Assembly: GCA_016211105.1 (NCBI GenBank)
Contig: JACQSX010000029.1
Location: forward strand, 5,210 to 69,209
DNA from: Acidobacteriota bacterium
GTDB lineage: Bacteria > Acidobacteriota > UBA6911 > JACQSX01
DNA: 64,000 nt
Direction: 5' to 3'
In this document: positions 1 through 10,213 of the stretch, piece by piece
Layout of the letters: each line of letters opens with the position of its first letter
Position numbering within the stretch: position 1 is the first letter of the stretch
Notes under the pieces: model-generated
What the model was told of the DNA's origin: nothing
Databases searched by the model: none
The model's input: the letters and a program-made list of their open reading frames with translations, nothing else
Translations under genes and position numbers: made by a program

Positions 1-312
1 GTCGTGAATTCTGCCGGGCGTGGTACCCAGCGCTAAAGCATACACTTCTCGCGAGGCGCCAAGGAGGGCGGTGGCCACTGGCATCGTCGCGCCTTTTACA
101 TCTTCAAACAACAGTGCAAAGCGATCCTCTTCAGGAAAACCCTGGTACACCCAACGAGTCATACAGGAGAGTTCCCAACTCGGATCCACTTCTTTCTTTA
201 CGCGATGGAGCTTTCCGCATGCCTCCAGTACGGCGATCAACTCCCGCATATCGCGGTACGTTTTACCTTCAGATAATCTCGGCGCCATTTGCTTCTCAAT
301 TACGTGTGCCAT
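1..312 (-). CDS. UbiD-family (prFMN-dependent) decarboxylase, N-terminal part only; the gene continues beyond the window start
   Basis: Manual minus-strand translation from the ATG at 312 gives MAHVIEKQMAPRLSEGKTYRDMRELIAVLEACGKLHRVKKEVDPSWELSCMTRWVYQGFPEEDRFALLFEDVKGATMPVATALLG, a typical UbiD N-terminus. A GAAGAGG RBS precedes the ATG. The gene lies 17 nt downstream of the coxS-like stop. It is absent from the ORF track because it is truncated by the window edge. Confidence 0.6.
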   Translation of the reverse strand, partial: MAHVIEKQMAPRLSEGKTYRDMRELIAVLEACGKLHRVKKEVDPSWELSCMTRWVYQGFPEEDRFALLFEDVKGATMPVATALLGASREVYALALGTTPGRIHD

Positions 313-329
313 ATTTTGCCTCTTCTACC

Positions 330-818
330 CTAGACAGTTTTGGCTCCCATCTTTGCTGCAGCGGCCAGCACGGACTCGATAATATGTTGGTAGCCGGTGC
401 ATCGACAGATGTTGCCGGCGATACCAATTCGAACTTCTTCCTCCGTCGGATTAGGATTCCTCTGAAGCAGCTCCAAGGCGGTCAGCAGAAACCCGGGCGT
501 ACAATAGCCGCACTGCACACCATGGTTTTCCCAGAACGCTTCCTGCAGAGGATGGAGTTGGCCGCCGCGCGCCAACCCTTCCACCGTAGTAATCTCCGCA
601 CCGTCTGCCTGAACTGCAAACATCAAGCAGGACCGTATCGTTTGCCCGTTGAAAAGAACCGTACAGGCCCCGCAGATTCCGTGCTCACACCCCACGTGAG
701 TGCCAACGAGCCGCAAATCTTCACGAATAAAATCCGACAAGAGCTTCCGACATCTCACCTGTCTGTCATATTTCGTCCCGTTTACCGTCACCTGAATGGT
801 TCGAAGCTCGTCAGGCAT
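330..818 (-). CDS. (2Fe-2S)-binding small subunit of a xanthine dehydrogenase / CO dehydrogenase family molybdenum hydroxylase (CoxS/CutS-like)
   Basis: Cysteine motifs [11 protein letters not shown] and CGYCTPG/CRCTGY characteristic of the [2Fe-2S] small subunit. The start was moved to the ATG at 818 ([14 protein letters not shown]), which has an AGGGAGAGG RBS. It overlaps the upstream FAD subunit stop by 8 nt. Confidence 0.9.
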   Translation of the reverse strand: MPDELRTIQVTVNGTKYDRQVRCRKLLSDFIREDLRLVGTHVGCEHGICGACTVLFNGQTIRSCLMFAVQADGAEITTVEGLARGGQLHPLQEAFWENHGVQCGYCTPGFLLTALELLQRNPNPTEEEVRIGIAGNICRCTGYQHIIESVLAAAAKMGAKTV

Positions 819-1710
819 TCTTTCCTCTCCCTTTCTCAAAACCTTTCAGCGCTCTACCGGCGGCTTTTTTAAGAGCTCTTTTCGTTAAAACGCGTAAAAG
901 ATGCTTTCTCTGATCTGCCGAAGCATGCAAATCGGTGCTAGGTTCGACCCCCTCCACCATCTGGTGCGCCGCTTGATCCAACAGCGATTCGCTAATTTCT
1001 TGACCCATGATCAACCGTTCCACTTTTGAATCTCTGTAGGGAACCTCAGAAACTCCGATTGCTGCAAGGCGGGCATCCGCACAGTTTTTTTGTTCATCCA
1101 GCGTGACAGCAGCCGTCACTCCTACAATTGCAAAATCACCGTGCCTGATTGCGAATTCTTCGAAAGCCCATCCGGTCCTGGGGCCAAGAGTCGGCAATCG
1201 AACTTCGACCATCAGTTCCGATGGATCCATGGATGTGGTCATCAAGGTGACAAAAAAGTCCTCCGCTTTTATGATTCTTTCCCCATCCGGACCCACCACC
1301 TTCATCTCCGCGTCCAAAGCCCTGGCAATGGCGGGCAACTCAGCCGCGGGATCGGCATGGCAAATACTTCCCACGACGGTTCCCCGATTCCGTATCTGCG
1401 GATGGGCGATGAACTCGGCAGTTTCCGCCAGCAGCCCGCATTTGGACCGAATGGCTTCAGAGGTTTCCAGAACGCGCTGCCGGACTAAAGCACCGATGGC
1501 GAGCTTTCCATTGACCTCCCTGACGTAGTCCAACTCCTTCACCTTATTGATGTCCACCAAGGCCGCAGGGGCGGCTAATCTGAAATTCAATAACGGCACC
1601 AGGCTTTGCCCGCCTGCTAGAATCTTGCCGTCCGAACCGTATTGCCGCATCAGGACAACCACTTCCTCCAGGGTCTTAGGATCGAAATAGTCAAAGTTGC
1701 AAGGTTTCAT
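811..1710 (-). CDS. FAD-binding medium subunit of the molybdenum hydroxylase (CoxM/CutM-like)
   Basis: FAD-binding molybdopterin dehydrogenase fold (AGGQSLVPLLNFRLAAP) and size (299 aa). It sits between the large and small subunit genes. Confidence 0.85.
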   Translation of the reverse strand: MKPCNFDYFDPKTLEEVVVLMRQYGSDGKILAGGQSLVPLLNFRLAAPAALVDINKVKELDYVREVNGKLAIGALVRQRVLETSEAIRSKCGLLAETAEFIAHPQIRNRGTVVGSICHADPAAELPAIARALDAEMKVVGPDGERIIKAEDFFVTLMTTSMDPSELMVEVRLPTLGPRTGWAFEEFAIRHGDFAIVGVTAAVTLDEQKNCADARLAAIGVSEVPYRDSKVERLIMGQEISESLLDQAAHQMVEGVEPSTDLHASADQRKHLLRVLTKRALKKAAGRALKGFEKGRGKNA

Positions 1711-1726
1711 TTTGTGCTCTCAAAGA

Positions 1727-4153
1727 TCATCTTCCTACTTCAGTTGAGGACGAGTCGTGTATCAGCGCCCAGACCCGCTTAGGCGTTAACGGCAATTCCG
1801 TCACCTTGACTCCCAACGGAGCCAGCGCATCGGCGACGGCATTCGCAATCAGTACCGGAGCCGTCTCACTGCTGCTCTCCCCTGCTCCCTTCGATCCCAA
1901 AGGTGTGAACGGAGAAGGCGAGCAAACATGACCAATTTCCAGCTTGGGAGCCTCCGCTGCCGTGGGGACGAGATAATCCATGAAACTACCAGTCAAAAAC
2001 TGCCCCTCCTGGTCGTACACAAGCTCCTCGAAAAGAGCTCCGGCTACGCCATGCAGCGCTCCCCCATAGATTTGTCCTTCTACGATCTTCGGGTTAATGA
2101 TTGTTCCTGCGTCATGGACGCTGATATATTTCAGGATCTTCACTTGGCCGCTGTCGCGATCCACCTCTACCGCCGCAACCTCGGCCATAAATCCATAGGT
2201 ATTTGAAGAGTTGACCCTGTCTTTCGAATCAGGAGCGTCTGCCATCGGAAAATGAAAAACTCCCCTGGCCTCAAGGCCCGGCTCCATCCCTTCGGGCAGC
2301 CGCAGTAGGTCCCAATGCGCCGTTCCTGCCACACGTTTCAAGGAGATATTTCTTTTCGGATCCTGACGAACGAAAATCTTGCCCTGGCCAAGTTCCAGAT
2401 CCTGGGGAGAGACCTTCAAAGTATGAGCGGCGATCTGAAACATTTTTTCTTTGATTTTCCGCGCTGCGATCACTACCGCACTGGTACCAACCGAGGCAAA
2501 ACGGCTGGAATATGTTCCCGATGAAACACTCCAAGGACTTTCCGACGTATCAAAATCATCAACAACCACCACGTCATCGGGTGACACCCCGAGCTCATCG
2601 GCGATGATTTGTGCCACAACCGTCTCGTGACCTTGTCCTTGTGGGGTGGAATTCATCAGGACCGTCACACCGCCCAGCGGATCCATCCTTACCGTTGCCG
2701 CTTCAACGGCCCCTGACTTTGGCAGATATTCCGGTTGCGACCGAACTTCTGCGGGCATGGCGACCGTGATGTACCCCATGTTGGACACCGACGGGTCCAC
2801 ACCCACTGCAATACCAATGCCGAACAGGCGACCCTCTTTTCGCGCCTTCTTCTGTTCTTCGCGCAACTTTTCATACTGGCTCATCTCAAGCGCAAGCTTC
2901 AGGGCCTTGGGATAATCTCCACTGTCATAAATGCCTCCCGAAGGCGTGACATACGGGAAGGCATCAGCAGGGATAAAGTTACGAAGTCGAATTTCGGCCG
3001 GATCCAAACCCAACTTCTCCGCGGCCATATCCATCATTCGTTCCTGTTCGAAATAAATTTGATGACAGCCGTATCCCCGGTTGGGTCCGGTTGGACATTT
3101 GTTCGTCATCATATCGTAGGCGTCTACACGTAAGTTTTTTACCTTGTAAGGTCCCACGTAATTACCAATCGGTCGAAATGTCGTGGCCGGTTCCGGCGCG
3201 CGCAAATAAGCTCCTACGCCGTCAATAATCTTGGTCTTGATCGCAAGCAGGGTACCATCCTTCCTCATCGCAACTTCGCGGTAAGAAACCCGATCCGTCT
3301 GACTCGAACTCGCCATAAGGTGTTCTTGCCTGTCTTCGATCCACTTCACTGGCCGGCTTGCTTTCATCGCAGCCAAACCAATGAGCGCGATGTAAGGATA
3401 AATGCTGGACTTGATTCCGAAACTTCCCCCGATATCTTTTGCAATGATAAACCGAAGTTTATTTTCAGGAATATTCAGGGCCATCGCCGTAACAGGATGC
3501 AGCGTAAATGGGCCCATAAAGTTCGACCACACGGTCAGCACCCCGCTCGACGAATCGTAATCGGCAATCACCGCATAAGTTTCCAACGGAACAGAGCTGT
3601 AACGCGGAAAAACAAAACGTTCTTTAAGCACCAGATCCGCTTCTGCAAAAGCGCGATCCACCTCGCCATAGTCAAGTAAGCGATGACACGAAATGTTGTT
3701 GCCAACCTCCTCATGCAGAATCGGGGCGCCGGGCTCCAAAGCAGCCTCGGGATCGACCACGGGAGGAAGGGGTTCATAATCGACACGAACCAAGGCGGCC
3801 GCGTCCTCGGCCACGTATCGATCTGTAGCAACCACCACGGCAACGGGTTCGCCCACATAGCGCACCTTCTTAACCGCTGCACAATAGTATTTGAAAGGTG
3901 TCTTGACCACCACCGAGAAGGGTCGCGTCTTTTGAACCACGTCTTCGCCTGTCACCACCTCAACCACACCTGGATATTTCAAAGCTTCGCTAGCGTCGAT
4001 CGCCAATATGTTGGCATGCGCGTGGGGACTTCTCAGGATAGCGGCATGGTAAAGGTTGGGCAGCGTGATGTCGTCGACGAAAGTTCCCCGCCCCGTCAGC
4101 AAGCGGGGATCCTCGTGTCGTTTGACATTCTTACCTATCCAGGTCTTGCTCAT
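1727..4153 (-). CDS. Molybdopterin-binding large subunit, xanthine dehydrogenase / aldehyde oxidase / CoxL family; neither the form I AYXCSFR nor the form II AYRGAGR motif is recognisable
   Basis: 808 aa with the aldehyde oxidase / xanthine dehydrogenase a/b hammerhead and MoCo-binding regions. GGAGG RBS. It is the first gene of an L-M-S(-UbiD) operon. Confidence 0.9.
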   Translation of the reverse strand: MSKTWIGKNVKRHEDPRLLTGRGTFVDDITLPNLYHAAILRSPHAHANILAIDASEALKYPGVVEVVTGEDVVQKTRPFSVVVKTPFKYYCAAVKKVRYVGEPVAVVVATDRYVAEDAAALVRVDYEPLPPVVDPEAALEPGAPILHEEVGNNISCHRLLDYGEVDRAFAEADLVLKERFVFPRYSSVPLETYAVIADYDSSSGVLTVWSNFMGPFTLHPVTAMALNIPENKLRFIIAKDIGGSFGIKSSIYPYIALIGLAAMKASRPVKWIEDRQEHLMASSSQTDRVSYREVAMRKDGTLLAIKTKIIDGVGAYLRAPEPATTFRPIGNYVGPYKVKNLRVDAYDMMTNKCPTGPNRGYGCHQIYFEQERMMDMAAEKLGLDPAEIRLRNFIPADAFPYVTPSGGIYDSGDYPKALKLALEMSQYEKLREEQKKARKEGRLFGIGIAVGVDPSVSNMGYITVAMPAEVRSQPEYLPKSGAVEAATVRMDPLGGVTVLMNSTPQGQGHETVVAQIIADELGVSPDDVVVVDDFDTSESPWSVSSGTYSSRFASVGTSAVVIAARKIKEKMFQIAAHTLKVSPQDLELGQGKIFVRQDPKRNISLKRVAGTAHWDLLRLPEGMEPGLEARGVFHFPMADAPDSKDRVNSSNTYGFMAEVAAVEVDRDSGQVKILKYISVHDAGTIINPKIVEGQIYGGALHGVAGALFEELVYDQEGQFLTGSFMDYLVPTAAEAPKLEIGHVCSPSPFTPLGSKGAGESSSETAPVLIANAVADALAPLGVKVTELPLTPKRVWALIHDSSSTEVGR

Positions 4154-4428
4154 TGGTTAGCCTCCGTTGATGGATCGAAGCTGCCCTAAAAAGTCCAGGC
4201 TGCCAGAGGAAAGTTCTACTCAGATTCCGCGGATGCTGGAGGTTAGACGCGAAGGTACTATTTCCCGCAGCTAACCCGTGGACTTGACGGTTCTTCTTAT
4301 CGCTCTTTTCTCTCATTTCCGCCCCACGCAAAGGCGTAACAATAAAACCGCGAGGCTTTTCAAGTCAAGCGGAACCGACGAGCCAACTCCCCATTTTCGA
4401 TCTACTTCACCTTGACTGGGCTGCACAA

Positions 4429-5253
4429 TCAGCAATCGTGAGGCTTCATCCCTTTTCGGATGAGAATGAGAGTGCGGTCATCGGTCTGACCCACATCCCT
4501 ACTAAACGTCTCCACGTCTTTGAGTATGGCGTCGAACAGTCCCTGAGAACTTAGATTGCGATGAACCGCAACCACTTTTTCCAGACGTCCATAGCCATAC
4601 TCCCTACCTGTACAGTCCATGGCTTCTAGGATCCCATCGGTACAACAGACCAGCACATCATCCTTTTCCAGAAAGGCTTCGCCCACCTGGTACTCATGCG
4701 GAGGATCCGGAAAGACTCCCAGGACGGGACCACCCCTGTCCAGCGGCACAACTTTCTCCTTCTTGAAAAGCAGCGGGCTGGGATGTCCGGCATTCATATA
4801 GCGGATCGTGCCGCTCAACTGAAGCTCGCTATAAAAGGCAGCGATGAACTGGTTGGGCTCTGAAGAGCGGAACATTCGGCGGTTAATCTTTGTAAAAAGG
4901 AGCGGCGTGGTGTTCTGGACATAGAAGGATTGAAAAGATATGGCCGTATGCAAAGCGGTGTTGAAATCTCGGATGAGCATAGCAGCCGCGAGACCGTGGC
5001 CGGCGGCATCGGCGATAACGACTCCCATCTTTCCCTGAATTCCAAAGCGCCTCTCTAGATCAATAAAACTGTAAAAATCTCCGCCGACTACGGCGCTCGG
5101 TAGCGTCTTGCCGACCATGTCATACTCGCCAAAAACCGTGACTCGTTCCGGGTCGGGCATAATATGGCGCTGCATCGCGGCCACGGAGATAACTTCTTCC
5201 TTAATTTCTTGTAGTGGTATGGCACTGACATCTGAACGGTCTTTTTCATCCAT
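4429..5253 (-). CDS. PP2C-family (SpoIIE/RsbU-like) serine/threonine phosphatase, stand-alone catalytic domain
   Basis: GDFYSF...VVIADAAGHGLAAAM and CTDGILEA motifs typical of the PP2C/SpoIIE fold. No sensor domain is present. Confidence 0.8.
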   Translation of the reverse strand: MDEKDRSDVSAIPLQEIKEEVISVAAMQRHIMPDPERVTVFGEYDMVGKTLPSAVVGGDFYSFIDLERRFGIQGKMGVVIADAAGHGLAAAMLIRDFNTALHTAISFQSFYVQNTTPLLFTKINRRMFRSSEPNQFIAAFYSELQLSGTIRYMNAGHPSPLLFKKEKVVPLDRGGPVLGVFPDPPHEYQVGEAFLEKDDVLVCCTDGILEAMDCTGREYGYGRLEKVVAVHRNLSSQGLFDAILKDVETFSRDVGQTDDRTLILIRKGMKPHDC

Positions 5254-5625
5254 GGGTCGAAATGTGGCGATCGGGTCCGTGCCTCCTCCAGACGAGGCAC
5301 GGCGGCGGAACTCTTACGAGCGTCCTTGGATCCACCAGCGCGATCCTTTCAATCGCAGAATCTGCCCACCCCGCACTGCTTATCATCACATATTCTCGCA
5401 GAATGTCCAATCTCTCCCATGGGTAGCTCTTCGTATGTCATCGATCCGAGACGGGGGCTCTGATCTGATGATCTGACTCAAAGATTTGATTTCCGGAACG
5501 GAAGGTGTATAAAGGATGTTTTGGAAAACGCGGTCGCCCTGGCAGGCAGCCAGTCAGAGGTCTTTCTAAGTCGAGTCAAGTACCGTTTTCCCGACGGAGT
5601 CAACAAATGCTGGACGGAGGTTTGC

Positions 5626-7605
5626 TTGAATTCAAAAAAACAAACAAAAAAGGTTAACCTTTACTTAATCAAGCCTTCTAAATACGACGACGAAGGCTAT
5701 GTGCTCCGTTATTTTCGAGGGGTGCTTCCCAGCAACACCCTAGCGTGCCTAGCAGCTCTCACCGAGCGGGTCCTGGAGCAAGGCCTGCTGACCGCAGTCG
5801 ACATCCGGATCACCCTGATCGACGAAACGGTTTCGCGAGTAGACTGTGACAAGATCTGCCGCTCGCAGCGGGGCAACCAAAAAACAATTGTGTGTCTGGT
5901 GGGTGTGCAAACCAATCAGTTTCCCCGAGCCGCTGATTTGGCCAAGACATTCCGACAAGCCGGTCTCACCGTGCTTATCGGGGGTTTTCATGTCAGCGGC
6001 CATTTGGCAATGCTTCCGAACATCCCCGGCGACATCCAGGAACTGTTTGACATGGGGGTAAGCGTCGTCAAAGGTGAGGTGGAAGAAAGCTGGAGTTCTA
6101 TCTTACAGGATGCCGTCAAGGGCCAGCTCCAGTCACTGTATGACTTTATTGACGACAAGCCAGACCTGTACACAGCTCCTGTTCCTCTGGTTCACCACGG
6201 CTATCTCAAGAAGTTTGTTTCGTCCAACTTTGGCACCGTTGACTGCGGCCGCGGCTGCCCTTTCAACTGCAGCTTCTGCACAATCATCAATGTCCAGGGG
6301 CGCAAAATGCGATTCCGCTCAGCGGAGACGATTGCGGCGGCAATTCGGGAAAACTATTTCCATAAAAAGATTAACTTCTATTTTTTTACAGATGACAACT
6401 TCGCGCGCAACAAAAATTGGGAATCCATCCTCGAGGCCCTGATCGATCTGAGAGAAAAGGAAGGCATCCCGGTGCAATTCATGATGCAGGTCGATGTGCT
6501 GTCCTACAAGATCAAAAACTTCGTGGAAAAGGCGCGGCGCGCCGGATGCTCACAAGTTTTCATCGGCATGGAAAGCATCAACACCGACAACTTGAAAGCC
6601 GCTGGCAAGAACCAAAACAGCGCGGAGGACTATCGCAACCTGATCGAAGCCTACCGGACTGCAGAGATCGCAACTCATGTGGGTTACATTCTGGGCTTGC
6701 CATTTGACACTCCGGATTCTATCCGCTGTGATTTGCAGCGTTTGATGCACGAGGTGCAAGTTGATCAGGCATCGTTCTTCATTTTCACTCCCCTCCCCGG
6801 TTCGCGCGATCACCTTGAATTCACACAGCAGAACATTTACATGGACCCAGACTTCAACAAGTACGATTCTTTCCATGAAACGATGCTCCACCCGAATTTT
6901 CCTAAGGAAGGCGACCTGCTGGCCGTCTATCACGAAGCGTGGCGAACCTTTTACAGTTTTGACAACATGCGGCGGGTCTTGCACCGCGCTTCGGAGCAAA
7001 ATTACTGGAACATCTTCCGCAACTTTTTGTGGTATAAGAGCTCGGCGCTCATTGAAAAACACCATCCCATGATGGCCGGTTTCTTCCGCTGTAAAGGGCG
7101 CACCAATCTCCGCCCGGACGTCGAACCACTTCCACGATTGGCGTATTTGAACAAACGGATTGGGGAAATCCGACACCTGGCCGGTGAGAGTTTTAAGCTG
7201 CTTCTCGAGATGCAGCTTCTCTGGTTGGAGACGCGCAAGTATACCGAAACGGAAAGAAAGATCATGGAAGAACTACGCCAGTTGCGGCATGGAATTTACG
7301 GCAAGGTCCGCTTGACCGAATTGCGCCTAGCGTATGCGCGCGCCCGGCTGGGCTTTCCGTCGTTACAGATTCCTTCCGGTTTCCGGTTGTTTGTACAACG
7401 ATGGAATCCATTTACACTTGATGGAAACTTCTATCTCAGTGAGGATGTCCTGAATTTCTGGCAGCGCACGCTGGAGGACCTCAAACATGGGCGGCTGTCC
7501 AAGATTTCTCCTCCATTGCTTTTCCGCCGGCTGTGGCTGGACACGAAGCTGACGGTGCATTTCACACTAGACTGGATGCGGTGCCCGGCAGCCGATTCAA
7601 GGTAG
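5626..7605 (+). CDS. B12-binding-domain radical SAM protein with a C-terminal DUF4070-like extension
   Basis: N-terminal cobalamin-binding Rossmann segment (KVNLYLIKPSKYDDEGYV...IVCLVGVQTNQF) followed by a CxxxCxxC radical SAM motif (GRGCPFNCSFCT). The start is taken at TTG 5626, preceded by a GGAGG RBS; the ORF-track start at 5521 has no RBS. Confidence 0.8.
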   Translation: MNSKKQTKKVNLYLIKPSKYDDEGYVLRYFRGVLPSNTLACLAALTERVLEQGLLTAVDIRITLIDETVSRVDCDKICRSQRGNQKTIVCLVGVQTNQFPRAADLAKTFRQAGLTVLIGGFHVSGHLAMLPNIPGDIQELFDMGVSVVKGEVEESWSSILQDAVKGQLQSLYDFIDDKPDLYTAPVPLVHHGYLKKFVSSNFGTVDCGRGCPFNCSFCTIINVQGRKMRFRSAETIAAAIRENYFHKKINFYFFTDDNFARNKNWESILEALIDLREKEGIPVQFMMQVDVLSYKIKNFVEKARRAGCSQVFIGMESINTDNLKAAGKNQNSAEDYRNLIEAYRTAEIATHVGYILGLPFDTPDSIRCDLQRLMHEVQVDQASFFIFTPLPGSRDHLEFTQQNIYMDPDFNKYDSFHETMLHPNFPKEGDLLAVYHEAWRTFYSFDNMRRVLHRASEQNYWNIFRNFLWYKSSALIEKHHPMMAGFFRCKGRTNLRPDVEPLPRLAYLNKRIGEIRHLAGESFKLLLEMQLLWLETRKYTETERKIMEELRQLRHGIYGKVRLTELRLAYARARLGFPSLQIPSGFRLFVQRWNPFTLDGNFYLSEDVLNFWQRTLEDLKHGRLSKISPPLLFRRLWLDTKLTVHFTLDWMRCPAADSR

Positions 7606-7608
7606 CCG

Positions 7609-8697
7609 ATGAAAACGGACATCTTGATCGTTGGGTCCGGCTTTGCCGGAACAGCGACCGCTTACCACCTCAGCCGTTCGTATTCAGGTTCAATCCTCCT
7701 CGTGGACAAGGAGGAAATACCCGGCTCCCATGCCTCCGGCCGTAACGCTTCCTTGATCCTCCAGTCAACGGAAATCGCTGAAATCCGCCACGCAGTGGCC
7801 GTCAGCCGGCGATTCTATGCCGCAAACGAACATCTCCACTTTCATCCGTGCGGTTCTCTACTGCTTGGCACGAAGGATCAACTGGAGAAAGTGCGCCAAC
7901 CCGAATCCGTTGACTCTGAGTATGAACAACCAAGTGTCATTTACGATCAAATTTCCGTTCTCGAGGGACATGTATTTGAAGCGGCTCTCCGTACACCCTC
8001 AGATGGAGTGATCGACATTTCCACGTTGCTGCAATTTTATCTCGCGCAGGCCCAGGAGCGAGGAGTACAAGTACGGGTGAGCTGCGAGGTGCTAAGTATC
8101 AAACGGAACAGCGCTTACCTGGTTCAAACCTCAACCGGAACCATTGAAGCTAATTGTGTGATCAATGCGGCCGGCGCGTGGGCGCCCCAGATTGCTGAAA
8201 TGGCCGGTGCTTCCGTGTTGCCTCTCGCTCCCCTCAAAAGGCATTTATTTATCCTCGGGCATGTTACAGAGGCAACGTCAAATTGGCCTTTCGTTTGGGA
8301 TCTGAAACAAAATTTTTACTTCCGTCCCGAAGTTGGGGACCTGCTCTTCAGCCTATGCGATGAAGAAAGAACCGATCGCCTGATAGAATCGGTTAGCCCT
8401 GAAATCTCGCAGTCTCTCGCAGAGCTGATTTGGCACGAATTACCCGCTTTGCGTCAGGCATTTCAAAAGCGCGTCTGGTCCTGCTTCCGCACCAAAGCCA
8501 GCGACGGACGCTTCGTAATCGGATGGGACCCTCGGGCTGAGAATTTTTTCTGGGTGGCAGGGTTGGCCGGCCACGGAGTCGGTGCTAGCTGGCATGTGGG
8601 TCGACTGGCTGCGGCAAAGCTCCTCGGCAGGAGAGACCCCGAAATGGACGCTTTCAATCCGCGTCGATTTGAGCCCATCCGAATGCAAAGCGGTTGA
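7609..8697 (+). CDS. FAD-dependent oxidoreductase (DAO / glycine-oxidase-like fold)
   Basis: N-terminal GxGxxG dinucleotide-binding motif (ILIVGSGFAGTATAY). The ATG lies 4 nt after the radical SAM stop, so the two are probably co-transcribed. Confidence 0.75.
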   Translation: MKTDILIVGSGFAGTATAYHLSRSYSGSILLVDKEEIPGSHASGRNASLILQSTEIAEIRHAVAVSRRFYAANEHLHFHPCGSLLLGTKDQLEKVRQPESVDSEYEQPSVIYDQISVLEGHVFEAALRTPSDGVIDISTLLQFYLAQAQERGVQVRVSCEVLSIKRNSAYLVQTSTGTIEANCVINAAGAWAPQIAEMAGASVLPLAPLKRHLFILGHVTEATSNWPFVWDLKQNFYFRPEVGDLLFSLCDEERTDRLIESVSPEISQSLAELIWHELPALRQAFQKRVWSCFRTKASDGRFVIGWDPRAENFFWVAGLAGHGVGASWHVGRLAAAKLLGRRDPEMDAFNPRRFEPIRMQSG

Positions 8698-8851
8698 CTC
8701 TCGCAATATCAGCGGGCGACTTTGAGAATTTTTGACCTTGACAAACGGGGCGTGAGTACTTAGCTTTGTCGCTTCTTTTCCCATGGTTTCCGAGTAAAAA
8801 AGCTATGACGGGAGAAAATTGTCCTTCTGCGATTTCAAGTGAGGTTGAACA

Positions 8852-10213
8852 TTGGATGAGCCTAGATTGAACCAAACCGCAGCGAACTCCAGAGATATAC
8901 GCGTGAATCCGTTTGAGGTCCCGTGGTGGAGAGAGATCACCAATTATCAGTGGATCGTCCTACTCGTCGCCTGGTTGGGATTCATGTTCGATTTGATGGA
9001 TTCCACCTTGTATACGATGGTGATGGTGCCAGCAGTGAAGGAACTGCTGGGTGGAACCGTTTCCACCCAGACGATTGGCTGGTACGGAGGGCTTGTCTTC
9101 GCCATTTTCCTGGTGGGCTGGGCCTCGGGGGGTATCTTTTTTGGCATTTTTTCTGATTACTATGGGCGCAGGACAGCGCTCATGATCACGATTTTGATGT
9201 ACGCGCTGTTTACAGGGCTATCGGCGATTTCGCACACCTGGTGGGAGTTAGGCATCTATCGTTTTCTTACCGGACTAGGAGTTGGCGGCGAGTGGGCGGC
9301 CGGCGCCGCCTTGGTAGCAGAAACCTGGCCTGAGAGGGCACGCACAAAGGCAGCCGCCATCCTCCAGATGTCGGGAGGCGTAGGATACTTTCTTGCTGCA
9401 TTCATTAACTTGCTCGTGGGTGGATATAGCTGGCGTTGGGTGTTCGTCGTCGGAGCTCTCCCAGCGTTGCTACTTTTGCTCCTGCGCTGGTTCGTCAAGG
9501 AGTCGGAGCGGTGGTTGGAAACGAAGGCATCTTCTCACGCCACAGCGGGAGGCGAGACCGCACTGGCTGCCTCCTTCCCCAAGCGCTCCACCTTGAGCCA
9601 GATCTTCAGTAAAGAGCTCAGACGCGACACAATGGTTGGGTCCGTGCTTGCAATCATCGCCACCCTCGGTTTCTGGGCTGTCACCTCATGGGTTCCTGCC
9701 TTGATTGGAGACCGTTTGGCTCATGGCACTGAAAAGCTTGACGCGGCAAGCATCAGCAGATATGTCAGCTACGCCAGCATGGTGATGATACTAGGCTCAA
9801 TCGTCGGCTACCTACTCATGGGGGTCCTGGCTGACCTCTGGGGTCGCAAACTCGCATTCCTGGCTTACTACTTAGGAGCCGCGGTTTTTATACCGTTGAC
9901 GTTCTTACTTCCCTGGTCGTTCTCCACCATGATTTGGTTTTTACCCCTGATAGGATTATCTACCATGGGAATTTTTTCTGGATTTCCCATTTATCTACCT
10001 GAATTGTTCCCGACTCATCTGAGGGGCACGGGATCCGGCTTCTGTTTCAACATCGGCCGAGTGGTAGCGGCGTTTGGTCCCCTCATGACAGGTACCATCG
10101 TGATGTATTCCGGATCGTTCGCCAAGGCAATCAGCATTCTTGGCCTCATTTATCTAGTCGGACCGATTACTCTGCTTTTCGCACGCGAAACTAAAGGGCA
10201 ACCCTTGCAATGA
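8852..10213 (+). CDS. MFS transporter
   Basis: 12 predicted TM segments and MFS signature motifs (GLSDYYGRR-like; GRVVAAFGP). The start is uncertain: 8852 is a TTG with GAGG 7 nt upstream, and a GTG at 8903 is an alternative. Confidence 0.8.
   Translation: MDEPRLNQTAANSRDIRVNPFEVPWWREITNYQWIVLLVAWLGFMFDLMDSTLYTMVMVPAVKELLGGTVSTQTIGWYGGLVFAIFLVGWASGGIFFGIFSDYYGRRTALMITILMYALFTGLSAISHTWWELGIYRFLTGLGVGGEWAAGAALVAETWPERARTKAAAILQMSGGVGYFLAAFINLLVGGYSWRWVFVVGALPALLLLLLRWFVKESERWLETKASSHATAGGETALAASFPKRSTLSQIFSKELRRDTMVGSVLAIIATLGFWAVTSWVPALIGDRLAHGTEKLDAASISRYVSYASMVMILGSIVGYLLMGVLADLWGRKLAFLAYYLGAAVFIPLTFLLPWSFSTMIWFLPLIGLSTMGIFSGFPIYLPELFPTHLRGTGSGFCFNIGRVVAAFGPLMTGTIVMYSGSFAKAISILGLIYLVGPITLLFARETKGQPLQ

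Noticed and set aside
20-872. Plus-strand ORFs 20..382 and 114..872
   Set aside because: They are antisense to the clearly homologous UbiD and CoxS genes, with no RBS and low-complexity Ser/Arg-rich translations, so they are shadow ORFs.
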